Below are positions 52,094 to 64,000 of a stretch of 64,000 nt of DNA, in pieces (positions within the stretch are counted from its first letter, which is position 1; every line of letters begins with the position of its first letter). A program made the translations under genes and the position numbers. The stretch comes from Eledone cirrhosa. Its lineage: Eukaryota. The notes under the pieces are model-generated. The model ran no database searches, was not told the DNA's origin, and saw nothing but the letters and a program-made list of their open reading frames with translations. Where the stretch lies: assembly GCA_964016885.1 (NCBI GenBank), contig OZ024742.1:169942001-170006000 (forward strand), given 5' to 3'.

Positions 52094-53311
52094 TTAACCC
52101 TTTAGCATTTACATTACTTCTCTATGCTGACGATCTGGTTCTTATAGCAGAATCAGTAGAGGAGCTAGAGAATAAATTCCGGCTATGGAAACAGCAGTTG
52201 GAAGCAAGAGGACTGAGAGTGAACCTAGCTAAGACAAAAGTGTTGATGAGTAGAAAAGAGGACAAAACTCTGATTCCGTCAGGGAAATGGCCATGTTCGA
52301 TATGCAGAAAAGGAACTGGCATAAATTCTATAAAATGCACACAATGCAGATCCTGGGTACACAAGAGATGTAGCGGGATAGCAGGCAAACTAACAGGTAG
52401 GGAGAAATACGTATGCAGTAGATGTACAAGGAAATTAGACAGTAGAAGTTGCATTGATAGACACATTTTTCAAATGCAGGCGGGTGCTATAGAAGTGGTG
52501 GATAGCTTCTGGTACCTAGGAGATCAGATTAGCATGGGAGGGGGATGTTCCGAGGCCATAGTATCTAGAATAAGGATGGGTTGGAAGAAGTTTAGGGAGC
52601 TGCTTCCTCTGCTGATGAAGAAGGGTTTCTCCCTGCGTACGAAAGGCCGGTTATATGATACCTGTGTGAGGAGCGCGATGCTGCATGGTAATGAGACATG
52701 GGCAGCAACTGCAGAGGATATGCAACAGTGGGAGAGAAATGAGGCAAGCATGCTCTGTTGGATGTGCAGTGTCAATGTGCGTGAACGACCCAGCATGAAT
52801 GTGTTGAGAGAGAAACTGTCTGAGAGGGATAGAATGTAGTGTGCAAGAGAGGAGACTGAGGTGGTATGGACATGTGATGCGCATTGAGGATGACCGATGG
52901 GTGAAGAAGTGCCAGGAAATGCCAGTTGAAGGAAGACGTGGTAGAGGTAGACCACAAAAAACATGGGCGGAGGTGGTGAGAACAGACCTCAGATCACTGA
53001 AGCTCACGGTGGAGATGACAAAGGACCGTGACAAGTGGAAAGATGCTGTGCTGAATAAGACCCGTCCCACCCTTGCAAGCAGGGAAGAGCGGACGTAAAA
53101 TGATGATGATGATGATGATTACTCTATATTTGCTATTGTATTTTCACGGTAAACACTTTATTTCACATATCAAATCTAAGGGATTTTGATATTATTTATT
53201 TTGAGAACAATACCTTAATATAAGTATGAGCAGTCAGTTATGGCCAGTTTGAATAGAAAGAGGTGTGAGAATTCTGGCCAGATAGAGCCGGTTTAAATGC
53301 TAAAGGGTTAA
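52094..53311. mobile_element. TTAA-flanked (piggyBac-type) MITE interrupted by an RTE
   Basis: ttaaccctttagcattt ... aaatgctaaagggttaa. Confidence 0.8.
52121..53119 (+). mobile_element. RTE family B, 5'-truncated at YADD and frameshifted near 52820
   Basis: Highly similar to the reverse complement of 13678-14675. (GAT)n tail. Confidence 0.95.
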
Positions 53312-55656
53312 GCTAAAATATCGTAAAATTCATAATTTGCTCAATGCTTCTTCAATTCGATTAATTCTTCATATAACATTTTATTGTTTTTTTTCCTCCT
53401 TAATTTGTTGTTGATGTTGTATTGTGGTTAATAGCATCCATTTATAAACACTGTTATAAGAATTCAATACAAACAATACACCTTTTTGTCAGAGATAATT
53501 GGGATAGTGATCATTAAATTATATAAACTAAAAATATAAAGATATTATTCCAATAATTTTAATAAGTGGTGTTAATTATCTATTAAACTGCTTATTAGTT
53601 TCTTTTTGTAGTAAGATTTTTTAGTACATTCTAATGTTTTTTCTTCAGTTTTAATGCTGCTATTTTTCAAAAGAGCACTAAATAACTGGTTTTCTTTGGT
53701 AGATTGGTAAAATTGTTAGAGAATCAGACAAAATACTATGCAGCATTTATTCCTGTTTTTTTTTTATTTTACATTCTTAGTTCAAGTTCGGCCAACGTAT
53801 AATTTTCTTTCATCTGTTTAGGGTCTATAAAATAAAGTACTAGTCAAGTATTGAGAGTTGATATAATTGATTTTCACCCCTCTCCACTAAATTGCTGGGC
53901 TTGTGCTTAAATTAGAAACTATCATTAAGCTGTTATTTATTGAAACATGTCTTAACAACAAAGTTATGAGTTGAGTGGTTATATAACATGTTGTAAAAGA
54001 TATGTCCACCAATAAAAGTGCTGTGGCACTAAATATAAACATGATGAGAGACAGTAAGTAGACTGCAAAGTTTGGCAATCAAAATAGAATGGAGACAATA
54101 TTGGATTGGAGAGGACCCTCCATTCTAGCCTGCCATGTGACAACCTCTCTAGTGATGGTGTCACAATAAAATGGCAATTGAAATAGAATGGAGACAATAT
54201 TGGATTGGAGAGGACTCTCCATTCTGGTCCACCTCTCTAGTGATGGTGCCACAATAAAATATTAGTGTTGATACCATGATAAAATGCACCCAGTCAGTCC
54301 TCTCTGTAAAGTGGTAGTGCTGGTGTCATGAAAAATACACTCAGCACACTCAGTAAAGCGGTTGTTGTTGTTGGTAAGAGCATCCAGCTGTAGAAATCAT
54401 GCCAAATAAGGAACATTACAAGTAAAATTGGTTACTCCAATCTCTCTAGTCTTGGATCACAACAACCCATCCAACATATGCCAGAGTGGAAAGAGGACAT
54501 AAAATGATGATGATGATGATGATAATAAATCTTGATTGGAAGTTTTTATTCAAATATGAAGCCTTTAAAAGCAGGCATTTTTTATTTCAGGTAGGCAGGT
54601 ATTAAATAGGTTACTTAATTTCACATCTACTCCTCTGCCATGCTTTTTATAGCAGTTGAACACACTTCTATTGCCTACTTTTTATAACTTGACAAGCTGT
54701 TGCTGTTTAGCCCCAGGTCTGTCCTGACTGAGAAAATTTATGATCATCAAATGTATAGCCATAACCTCGACCACTCTATTCTTTTCTCTAGCATTCCATA
54801 TCTAGAACTAAATTATCCAATGAGTTTTACTTTTTTTAAAGACAATAGGAGTTGATCTTAGGAAAATTTGGATGTTATATCTAGCAGATCGAACCACCAT
54901 GTATAAGTTCCATTGTTTACAAACTGTTAGTCAGTAATGGTGGAGTTATTGTTCAATATATGTTTAACAAACAAAACATTTTGGTGTGTGTTGGGACTAA
55001 ATTGAGAGCTTTAATAGAGCGTTATACTACAATGTTATTGATTTCTTTGCTATCATCATCTGTTTTTCTCTGTAAATGTTGGTCAGGTTGTCACAGACCA
55101 AGTCAGTACTTAATCAGAGATACTGGCCTCTCCAATGGACTGCAGGACACACACACATTTCACTTACAAATGTTCTCACACTCTTCTGTATGCTTTTTAA
55201 CAGTAATATATATATATTTAATATAAAGAGTGGTATGTTCAAGCATGTAGATGCTATACAAGGTTTGTATCCTTGCAGTGGCTGATGGTAACTTCTTTTT
55301 CCATCTCTAAGGGTCTTCACTCTATTTTATAAGCTATTTTATAGCATCTTTGCACATAAGTACGCATAAAACCACTCTTTATAGTAACTTTACCCCCTCA
55401 ATGCTTAGTAAAAGCAGCCCGAGAGATCGGTTATGAATATACAATGTTTGTTTACATATATACATTCAAAAGTAGTACCCAGTCCTCACGGTAATGTGGT
55501 TGGCGTTTGGAAGGACATACAGCTGTAAGAACCAAGCCAGAAACTGTTCTGTGTGAGTAGCACACAGTCATCTGATCTGACTTGTTTCACAATTGGACAA
55601 CCCATGTAACCCATGCTAACGAGGAAAATGAATGTTAAGGAGTGGTGATGATGATG

Positions 55657-55705
<49 letters not shown>

Positions 55706-55859
55706 CATTACATAATAAACGAAAACAATATAATTATTTCATTACCAAAGGTTTCAAGAAACTAGATGATTCTTGCAGAAACATTGCTATGTAATTAAAT
55801 AGCTCTGTACAATACATAGAGCACACTTCTTTCCTTTACCTTTTCTACAGAAATACCTA

Positions 55860-55901
<42 letters not shown>

Positions 55902-56050
55902 TTAGTGTAAATAAACATTGGCGTATTGAGTTGAAATGTTTAGAAATGTTGAAAATATATGTAGCAGCTAGGGGTTTTACCCAATTTTTTAAGCTGTGTT
56001 CATAGCTTTTCCTGTGTTCAAGATTTTTTACATTTCTAAATATATGTATA

Positions 56051-56363
56051 TCTATATATCTAAAACAGAGAATGTCTGTCTGTCCGATCACTAAAACTCA
56101 AGAACCACCCAACCGATTGTTTTCAAACTTTACACATGTAATACTTATGGTCCTATTGAGTGTTTTGATAAAAAAATTTTTCAAATTTTCAATGCCCTAG
56201 GGACCGCATTAGGCGATTTAGCGATCTCTCTCTCTCTTAGTCTTTCTCTTTTTAGATAGATACATAGATATGACGTTGCGCCCTTATAATATCTGTCTGT
56301 ATGCCTGGCTGTCTGCATTACGACATTGACGTAGCTGTGTGTGTGTATATGTATATATATATA

Positions 56364-56396
<33 letters not shown>

Positions 56397-57063
56397 GTGT
56401 GTGTATATATATATATATAGTGTGTAACGTTTTTCGAAATATTTACTTCTGCGTTCACATCACTGATTTTTTTCATTTTAGTTTCAGAAGATCCCGTTAA
56501 GGGTGAAAGCAACGATTCTTTCCTTAAACTTTAATCTGTTATTTTAATATCTATATCATCGTCATCATCATCATCATCACCGTTTTACGTCCGTTCTTCC
56601 ATGCTAGCATGGGTTAGACAGGTTGTCCTGTTATGGGCAGTGTCTGGTCAGCTGACCATGCCTTGCTCATACAGGAACTGATTTTGGCTTGATTTCTACA
56701 GCTGAATGCCCTTCCTAACACCAACCTCATTTACAGTGAGTGCTGGGTGCTTTTTTCCATGGCGCCTACACGTCCACTTTACAGTGTGGGCTGGGTTCTT
56801 TTTTGCTGTGGCACCTCCACGACCACTTTGCAGTGGGAGGGTGTGGGGGCATATTGTCTATATGCTTCAGCTTCGGCTTGTACCCATGGGAGGTCGGGTA
56901 CGCGTGACGCCAGAGGTCACGGTCATGTACAGATATTTTTGCATACACAATAACAAAATATAAACAAACGTATTTATTTCGTGAGGCTCGATAAGGATAA
57001 ATATATATCAAATATATGAGAACCCTAGAGCAAATCCCAAGCAACGCCGGGCCATTCTGCTAG
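56051..57063 (+). mobile_element. Non-autonomous Helitron-like element containing an RTE-C 3'-end insertion (56555-56930)
   Basis: A|TC start and (GTCT)n. 3' cccaagcaacgccggg hairpin and CTAG|T. Confidence 0.7.
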
Positions 57064-57924
57064 TACACCATAAGTTTCACAAAAGTAACAAATTTAAGGA
57101 CAGACAATCTTTTGCCACATCTTTCATCGTTGATGTCAAAAGATCAGTAAAATTTATTGCTAGTGTCACAATAACATGCACCTAATATACTCTGTAAAGT
57201 GATACTTCTGGTGTCGCAGTAAAATGCACCCAGTACAGTCTGTATGGTGGTTGGTTTTAGGAAGAGCATCCAGCTGTTGAAACCATGCCAAATATGGAAC
57301 ATATGAACAAGATAAGATCTGTTTGACATGTCTAATCATAGAATATGACAATCTGCCATCTAACTGGTGCTGGCATAGAAGAAGGATGTACAATGATGAT
57401 GATGATGATGATAAGGTAGAAAACATGAGAATGGAATTAGTAGGTGTGTTTAACATGTCTGTTTTATCAAATAATTGTTAATAAACTGAAGAAAGCTTTC
57501 TGGTAGATTGTAAATAAATAAATATGATAACATGAAGAGATAAATACATTGGTGTGATATTAATTTGATATAAAAATTATATTTTAGATTATTCTCCAGT
57601 TATCAATATATTATCTCATATTATAATTAAGATAGCAACATGAATAGCATCAGAACAGAAAAATCTTTTAAGGAACAATTTTGATGATCAACTGGTTTTA
57701 GTATGATTGAAAGAAATATGGGGGAAAATAGATCAAATACCTTAGAAAAGAACATGATTTCAAAATTGCTGTCATGGAAATGAATCAAATTTTGATGTTA
57801 TTTCTGATATGTTAACTGAGAAAGCCTATCATGTTACAGCTCACATCTATTTTATCCTTAAGAAATTGTAGAGATATACTACTGACAGGTTCTGTATTGA
57901 GATCTATCGAATATTTCTCTATCA

Positions 57925-58312
57925 TGCTGGTGCCACAATAAAATGTACCACTAATGATACCACAATAAAGTGGTAGCATTAGTGCCACAATAAAAAATAC
58001 CCATCCCACTCTTTAAATTGATAGTGTTGGTACTATGATAAAATGCACCCAGCCTTCTCTGTAAAGTAGTAGTGTTGGTACCATGATAAAATGCACCCAT
58101 CCCTATCTGTAAAGTGGTAGTCTTGTTGCCAAAATAAAAAGTACTCAGTTCACTCTGTTAGGTGGTAGTACTAGTGCCAAACCGAAAAGCATCCAGTCCA
58201 CCTTGTAAGGTGGTAGTACTGGCACTATGATAAAATGCATCCAGCCTACTCTGTAAAGTGGTAGTGTTGGGGCCATATTAAAAAGCACCCAGTCTGACTT
58301 TGTAGGAGTAGT
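57925..58312 (+). repeat. Tandem array of about 7 full and 2 partial ~48-bp RTE-UTR-derived units
   Basis: Unit gtagtgttggtaccatgataaaatgcacccatccctatctgtaaagtg and variants. Confidence 0.85.
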
Positions 58313-60034
58313 AATTGAACTAGATTCAGTGGATATTCAATATGGTTGGTCATGTATAGCCCTTTTGTTACTATATATATATGGACCCAAGTGAGTCGTA
58401 AGGGTACCATATTGCTATCAGTGTTTCTAGGGCATTTTATAACCTGGCGGAGCCCATCTCCTCTCATGGTCTGAATACAGCAGATTTCTTCCGAGAGTGA
58501 GAGAAAAGAAGTGAGAAAGAGATATAGTGGAAGAATTGACCCCAGTACTAGACTGGTACTTTTTTTATCGACCTTAAATGAATAAAAGGTAAATAAAGTT
58601 GACTTCAGCAGGATTTGAACGCAGAGAGAAGAAAATCTGAATAAAATACTGGAAAGCATTCTATCCAATGTTCTAGCAACTCTGCCAGTTCACTGCCTAT
58701 TTTTGTTACTATACTTCTAATGAAAGATACTATGATTTTAAAATAATTTTGAAAATAATTTGGAGGGATAATTAAATAACTTCCTTATTATTTATCTGCT
58801 GTTTGGAATATAACTTAATAATGGTTCTTACATAAAATTAGGATAAACATTTTAAAACATAGTTTTATATCATGAAGTCATGGGCTGTTTGGTATAAGAA
58901 GAGTTAAAGGATTGTGTAAGAATTGAGAGACATGTTAGCTTTTACAGGAAAGATCTAGTGGGTAAGACATATAGTTACTGTCCTTTCTTTCTGATTAATC
59001 ATTTTGATACTGAACCACCTGAAATCATCCCTAGTTCTATAACACAAACCTTTATTTTAAAATGTTTATCTACGAACCTTCAGTCATAATTTTATGTAAC
59101 AGTCTTTAATTTATGCTCAAAACACCAGATACATAATTATTTTTAACATTAGCACAAGGCTAGCAATTTGGAGAAGGGGGGAAATCAATTATATGGATCC
59201 CAGTATTTGACTGGTACTTTTATTTTATTGACTCTAGAAGGAGGAAAGACAAAGTTGATCTTGGCAGGATTTGAACTCAGAACATAAAGGAGCATATCGA
59301 AATGCTTCAATGTATTTTATCCGACTTTGCTGAATCCATCATTAAATAATGGGGAAAATAATTGTTACTAGATCTTTCTAAATTCTTGATTATTTTCAAA
59401 ATTATTTGAAAATTACAGTTAATATTTTTCATTAGAGATATGGTAACAAAAGGGTTAAGTCATAATAAAATGAAAGAGAAAAAAAAAAAGAAATTTAGAA
59501 CAAGGTCTGTTTTATGGTCGACCACTTCCACTTGAATAGTGAGCTTGACTGAATGCAGTAATCCAATTGACTGAGAACAAAGATGGCCTCATGCATAGTT
59601 ATTTTATTATTTATGTTTATTTATATTGTGTTGCTTTGTTCCTGTCAACAGCTGCACTATTCTATCTGCTAGATAACTTATGTATTGCTGTGTGTGGCTT
59701 TGTTCCTGCAATAGTTAGGTCAAAAGATAAAAGAAAATACATATTTTGTTGCTTCAATGCTGCAACATGTTTTTTCCTATTGGAGACTATAATATTTCAT
59801 GAATACAATCATCACCATAATTATGGCTGTTTTTCCATGCTTGCATGGGTTAGAATAGATCTCTCTCTAACACACACACAGTTTCTTTGAAATATCACTC
59901 AGGCATTCATCAACCCATGGTTAAAATAGATACTTTCTCAAGGTGTTATGCAGTGGGATTGAACCTGAAACCACATGGCTGCAAGCATGGAAAAGTGGAC
60001 ATAAAATGACGATGAGGATTATATATATATATAA

Positions 60035-61313
60035 ATGAAAGGATTACAAAGGAGATTATATACTGTCAGAACATGTTTATATAAAAGCACTTACGTACGT
60101 TTCGCCCGAAAAGGGCTTCTCAAGGGCATAGAAAACTACAGAGTGTTCGGTACAGGACCCAGAAGGGGTCAAAGTTCATTTTTAGTTCAAACATATAGGT
60201 TGTTATTGACACAGAGCAAGGGGAGTAACTCTGGCCGGTGTTTGAATAATTGTCCCCAAAGGGCTTATTGCCCGTTCACATGATGGTGGTTTTCCATTGC
60301 TAATTTGTGCGTGCTACTTTACTATTGTCAATTCAGACAGGGTCTGAGATGCATAGTTGGTGCACAGATGTTTATTTGCATAGCCTACCCACCGGAGTGT
60401 TATGGTTTGGTGCAGGGGGACCCAGTTTATGGTTTTCAGGTCTGTTACTTCCCACCTCAAAAAAAACTGCTGTATCCTGTGTCTGCAGTTTATCACTGAT
60501 TCTGCTCTGCTGTTGATGAGCTCGAGGGGTGCTCTTATGATATGCTCGCATTTCCTCTTGAAATTGTACGGTGCTGCCCTGCTGACAATTTCCCAGTGTG
60601 TGGAGAAGCTGATGTTGGAGTCTTTTAATGTTGTGATGTAATTGGCGAGTGACATGGAGTGTCTCAGTTTATTGTTTCTAAAAGAGTGGAGATGTTGGAA
60701 ATCTAGTTTTGAACGGGCTGGAAGTGGCCCCTATATAATGTTTAACGCTATTATGGCTAGTTATGGTGCACCTATAAATAATACTATCTGTCAGGCAACT
60801 TCCCCTAAGTGGGCACCTTTCCCGGTCCTGATAGTTGCATTTTCAGTCGCGGTCGCTCCTGGTGCCCAAAGTCAAGCTATTACTATTGCTACCTATGTTA
60901 TTATCTATGCCACCGCCTCTCTCTCTGTAGTTAGTACTATTATATCCTATGGTGTGCGGGGTAGTACCATTATTGCTCCGCACACCGCAGCGCCTCCTGT
61001 TGCTGCCGCGTGACCCGTACAGGTCACCAGCATGTTCCCCAGTCTCATCACAGTTATGTCGGTTGCTTCTGTTGGGGCTGCCGCCAACACTATTGGGCAC
61101 TGCAAGGGAAACGTTAAGGCTATTAGGGTTGCTGTCAAGTCTAGGCGTATCGGTGCTAAGGTGTCGTGTTTTGGTGATCTTACTGTAATTAGTCATCCCT
61201 ATGAAGTCTGCTAAGTTAGGAGTAGTGGAGAAGGATATTTTAATATTGTTCTTATTGAGGATTTTCCTGTATTTATGGTTGGGTGGGAAATTCTTCTCTA
61301 AGGCTTCGAAGAA
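60035..61313 (-). mobile_element. Degenerate Penelope-like element 3' half (RT C-terminus, Cys linker, GIY-YIG endonuclease, pLTR)
   Basis: Minus strand reads NFPPNHKYRKILNKNNIKISFSTTPN, then KCN..DRERCPLRGSCLTDSIIYRC...HYIGATSSPFKTRF, then LANYITTLKD...WEIVSRAAPY...CRH. Contains frameshifts. Confidence 0.85.
60087..60128 (-). ncRNA. Minimal hammerhead ribozyme, U3:A8 variant
   Basis: Minus strand reads TGCCC-TTGAGAA-GCCC-TTTTC-GGGC-GAAACGTACGT-A-AGTGC. Perfect stem II and palindromic stem III. Stem I is imperfect. Confidence 0.68.
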
Positions 61314-61335
61314 TATATATATCTGTACGTGTGTA

Positions 61336-61601
61336 TGGAGGCATGTGGTCTAATGGTAAGGGTGTTGGACTTACGATCATAATGTCGTGGGTTCGATTCC
61401 TGGGTTGCATGTTATGTTCTTGAGCAAAACACTTCATTTCACGTTGCTTTAATATATTCAGCTAAAAATGAGTACCAGCAATAACTGGAGGCTTAACCCT
61501 GCGATGGACTGGCGTCCTGCCCAGGTGCGAGACTTGTACTCTCAGTCACTTCACGCCATGAAACCGGGATAAACACTGGCCTTATGAGCCTTCTGGCTTA
61601 A
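61336..61601 (+). mobile_element. tRNA-SINE with CORE-like and V-like domains; tail resumes at 63555 (partial relative at 49880-50015)
   Basis: tggtctaatggtaag / gggttcgattcc, ttgagcaaaacact and ctgcgatggactggcgtcc. Confidence 0.82.
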
Positions 61602-63554
61602 CCCTTTAATGTTCAAACTGGCCAGAATTCTCTACCCTTTTCTGTTGAAACTGGCTGTAACTGGTCACTCAAACTTATGTTAAGGTATTGTTCTCAAAAT
61701 AAATACTTTCAAAATCTCATAGATACAATATTATGTGAGATAATTATGCGAAGTAAAGCCTTTACCATGAAAATATCATCATCATCATCATCGTTTAACG
61801 TCCATGTTCCTCGCTTGCATGGGTTTGGACGGGAGTTTTCCCACTTGAGGCAAGAGTGGTTGTCTTGCTCGCATAGGACTGTCTGGCGGGTTTTCTACAG
61901 TTGGATGCCCTTCCTAACACCAACCACATTTACAGTGTGGGGCTGGGAGGTTTTTACCGTGTTGCCTACACGGCCACATTACAGCGTGGACTGTCTGGCG
62001 GGTTTTCTACAGCTGGATGCCCTTCCTAACACCAACCACATTTACAGTGTGGGGCTGGGAGATTTTTACCGTGTTGCCTACACGGCCACATTACAGCGTG
62101 GACTGTGTTTTTTTTGTCGTGACACCTACACGATCTCATTTGTTTCGGCCTGGATTTTGTGGCACCAACATAACTTTACATTGAAAGGGGCGGTGTGGAT
62201 GAGGTGGGGGTGGTGGAACGGGGGTGTATTTTGTTAGAGATGCCTACTGACTGTAGTAGGTTTTACTTTGTATTTAGGTAAGGCGGGTCTTCTCTATTAC
62301 TGAGTACCGCCAAAGGTGTCAGCCCAGTGACATTGTCTTGGAGAGGTGTAAGTGTGTGAGGTCGGAATTTATCAGCTCGTCCCAGGTTTTTCTGGGTCTG
62401 CCTACTCCGTGGCTACCGTCCATCTTTATTGCCCTGCACTTTGCTATACAGCTGTCGTCTTTCATGCGCATCACGTGACCATACCAACGTAGCCTTCTCT
62501 CGAGTAAACAACATCTGATCCCTCTTATTTCTAATTTTTTCCTTAGTTCGTTTATGCTTTGCCGTTCGCGTATATTACTATTACACATCCAGCGGAGCAT
62601 GCAAGCTTCGTTCCTCTCTAGTCTGCGTATATCCTCTGCACACAATGCCCAGGTCTCACTGCCATGCAACATTGCTGTTCGTATGCAGGCATCATACAAC
62701 CTGCCTTTCATTTTTAGGGAGAACCCTTTAGCGGCTAATAGTGGTATAAGCTCTCTGAACTTTTTCCATCCAGTTCTGACTCTAGCTACTGTACTTTCAG
62801 AGAACCCTCCCCCACTGCTGATTTTGTCACCCAGGTAACAGAAGCTGTCCACTATTTCTATAGAACCCTCTGCGCAATTGAAAGAGCTAGTATTTTGTGG
62901 GCACTTGCTGCTACTTATTGCACCAGAGCACCGGCCACATGTAAAATCTGTGTTCTTAGTTAGCTTACCTGTGATCCCACTACATCTTTTATGCACCCAT
63001 ACTTTGCATTTGGGACATAAAATGGAGTTTCTACCTACGCCTTTCCTACACACTGAGCATGGCCATTTCCCGGAAGGGACCGGCGCCTTATTTTCTTTCC
63101 TACAAACTAGAACTTTAGTCTTAGCCAAGTTAATTTTAAGGCCTTTTGATTCTAGGCCGTGCTTCCATGTTTGGAATTTCTTCTCTAGCTCGGCCATTGA
63201 TTCAGCTATGAGCATTAGATCTTCTGCGTATAGGAGTTCCCATGGGCAGCCGGTCTTGAACTCCTCTGTTATAGCCTGAAGGGCAATAATAAATAGTAGG
63301 GGGCTAAGAACAGAGCCCTGATGGACACCAACTTTTACGCTAAACTCTTCACTATATTCGTTGTTAATTCTAACCTTGCTGACTGTTTCTTTATACATGG
63401 CTTGTATAGCTTTCACAAGCCATTCGTCAACACCTAGTTTTCTAAGAGCCCACCAGATAATGGAACGAGGGACTCTGTCAAAGGCTTTTTCCAAGTCGAC
63501 AAAGGCTAAGTATATAATAGTATATCTAGAGTAATGTGAATGCTAAAGGGTTAA
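61598..63554. mobile_element. TTAA-flanked MITE (same family as 52094-53311, inverted) interrupted by an RTE
   Basis: ttaacccttta ... atgctaaagggttaa. TTAA is duplicated inside the SINE tail. Confidence 0.82.
61775..63514 (-). mobile_element. RTE family A, 5'-truncated (ORF 62319-63494; YADD mutated to YAED), with a ~112-bp duplication in the 3' UTR
   Basis: Colinear with 386-2013. (GAT)n tail. Confidence 0.95.
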
Positions 63555-63606
63555 GACAGACTTTATATATATATATATATATATAAAAGTATGCATATGT
63601 ACACAC

Positions 63607-63662
<56 letters not shown>

Positions 63663-64000
63663 CATTTATGTTAGGCTGTTTACCAGTAGGCAGAACTGGT
63701 GGTTCGGTTGGTAAACAATGATGCAACAAATTAATTAAACTACTCAACGTTATGCAAATCATCCATCGTAGATGTGGTATCCAGTGGTTGGTGCAGGAAC
63801 GGAGTAAAGCATTTATTAAAAAAACTACAGAAGGCCGGACTGGAAAATTTACTTTAGATTTTAATTCCACGAAAGCACTATACATATTTTGATGGTCCAG
63901 CTCTATCATCCGATTATGATGTAAGACTAGGTGATTTCATCAGGCATTATTTGCAGAATTATGTAACAGGATTACGTTGAATCCAAACATAGAATAGGAG

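Noticed and set aside
55737-55785. Stem plus GAAAC..GTA on the minus strand next to (TA)n
   Set aside because: The CUGANGA core is missing. Possibly a decayed hammerhead but not supportable.
41200-59900. Short ORFs or possible host exons in unique AT-rich stretches
   Set aside because: No recognisable domain or consistent splice structure. Small exons cannot be excluded without RNA-seq.
63885-63950. CTGATGA plus stem on the minus strand, possible hammerhead
   Set aside because: The stem is followed by GAGC rather than GAAA and there is no convincing stem I. At most a decayed relic.

Overview
AT-rich, gene-free eukaryotic repeat DNA. The SINE, RTE and Penelope repertoire and the huge (TA)n tracts suggest a cephalopod/Octopus-type genome (inference). 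About 25 kb of the first 31 kb is interrupted (TA)n microsatellite, and all the long Ile/Tyr ORFs are artefacts of it. Embedded elements are: CR1-clade LINE fragments; three families of RTE-clade LINE with a PHD-like finger, one copy near full length with a single frameshift; two Penelope-like GIY-YIG fragments; many tRNA-SINEs; non-autonomous Helitrons; TTAA-type and Tc2/pogo-type MITEs; and 29-, 40- and ~48-bp minisatellites. No host protein-coding gene can be supported. The main hidden signal is RNA structure. At least six different type I hammerhead ribozymes can be read by eye in small elements sitting in the (TA)n tracts, including two U3:A8 core variants. Some are arranged as palindromes and one as a ~572-bp retrozyme-like direct repeat. 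A separate element family has the same inverted/partial-tandem architecture but carries a covarying tRNA-like cloverleaf and an unidentified conserved stem-loop instead of a hammerhead. All folds were read manually and none is computationally or experimentally verified. Coordinates of degenerate repeats are approximate.
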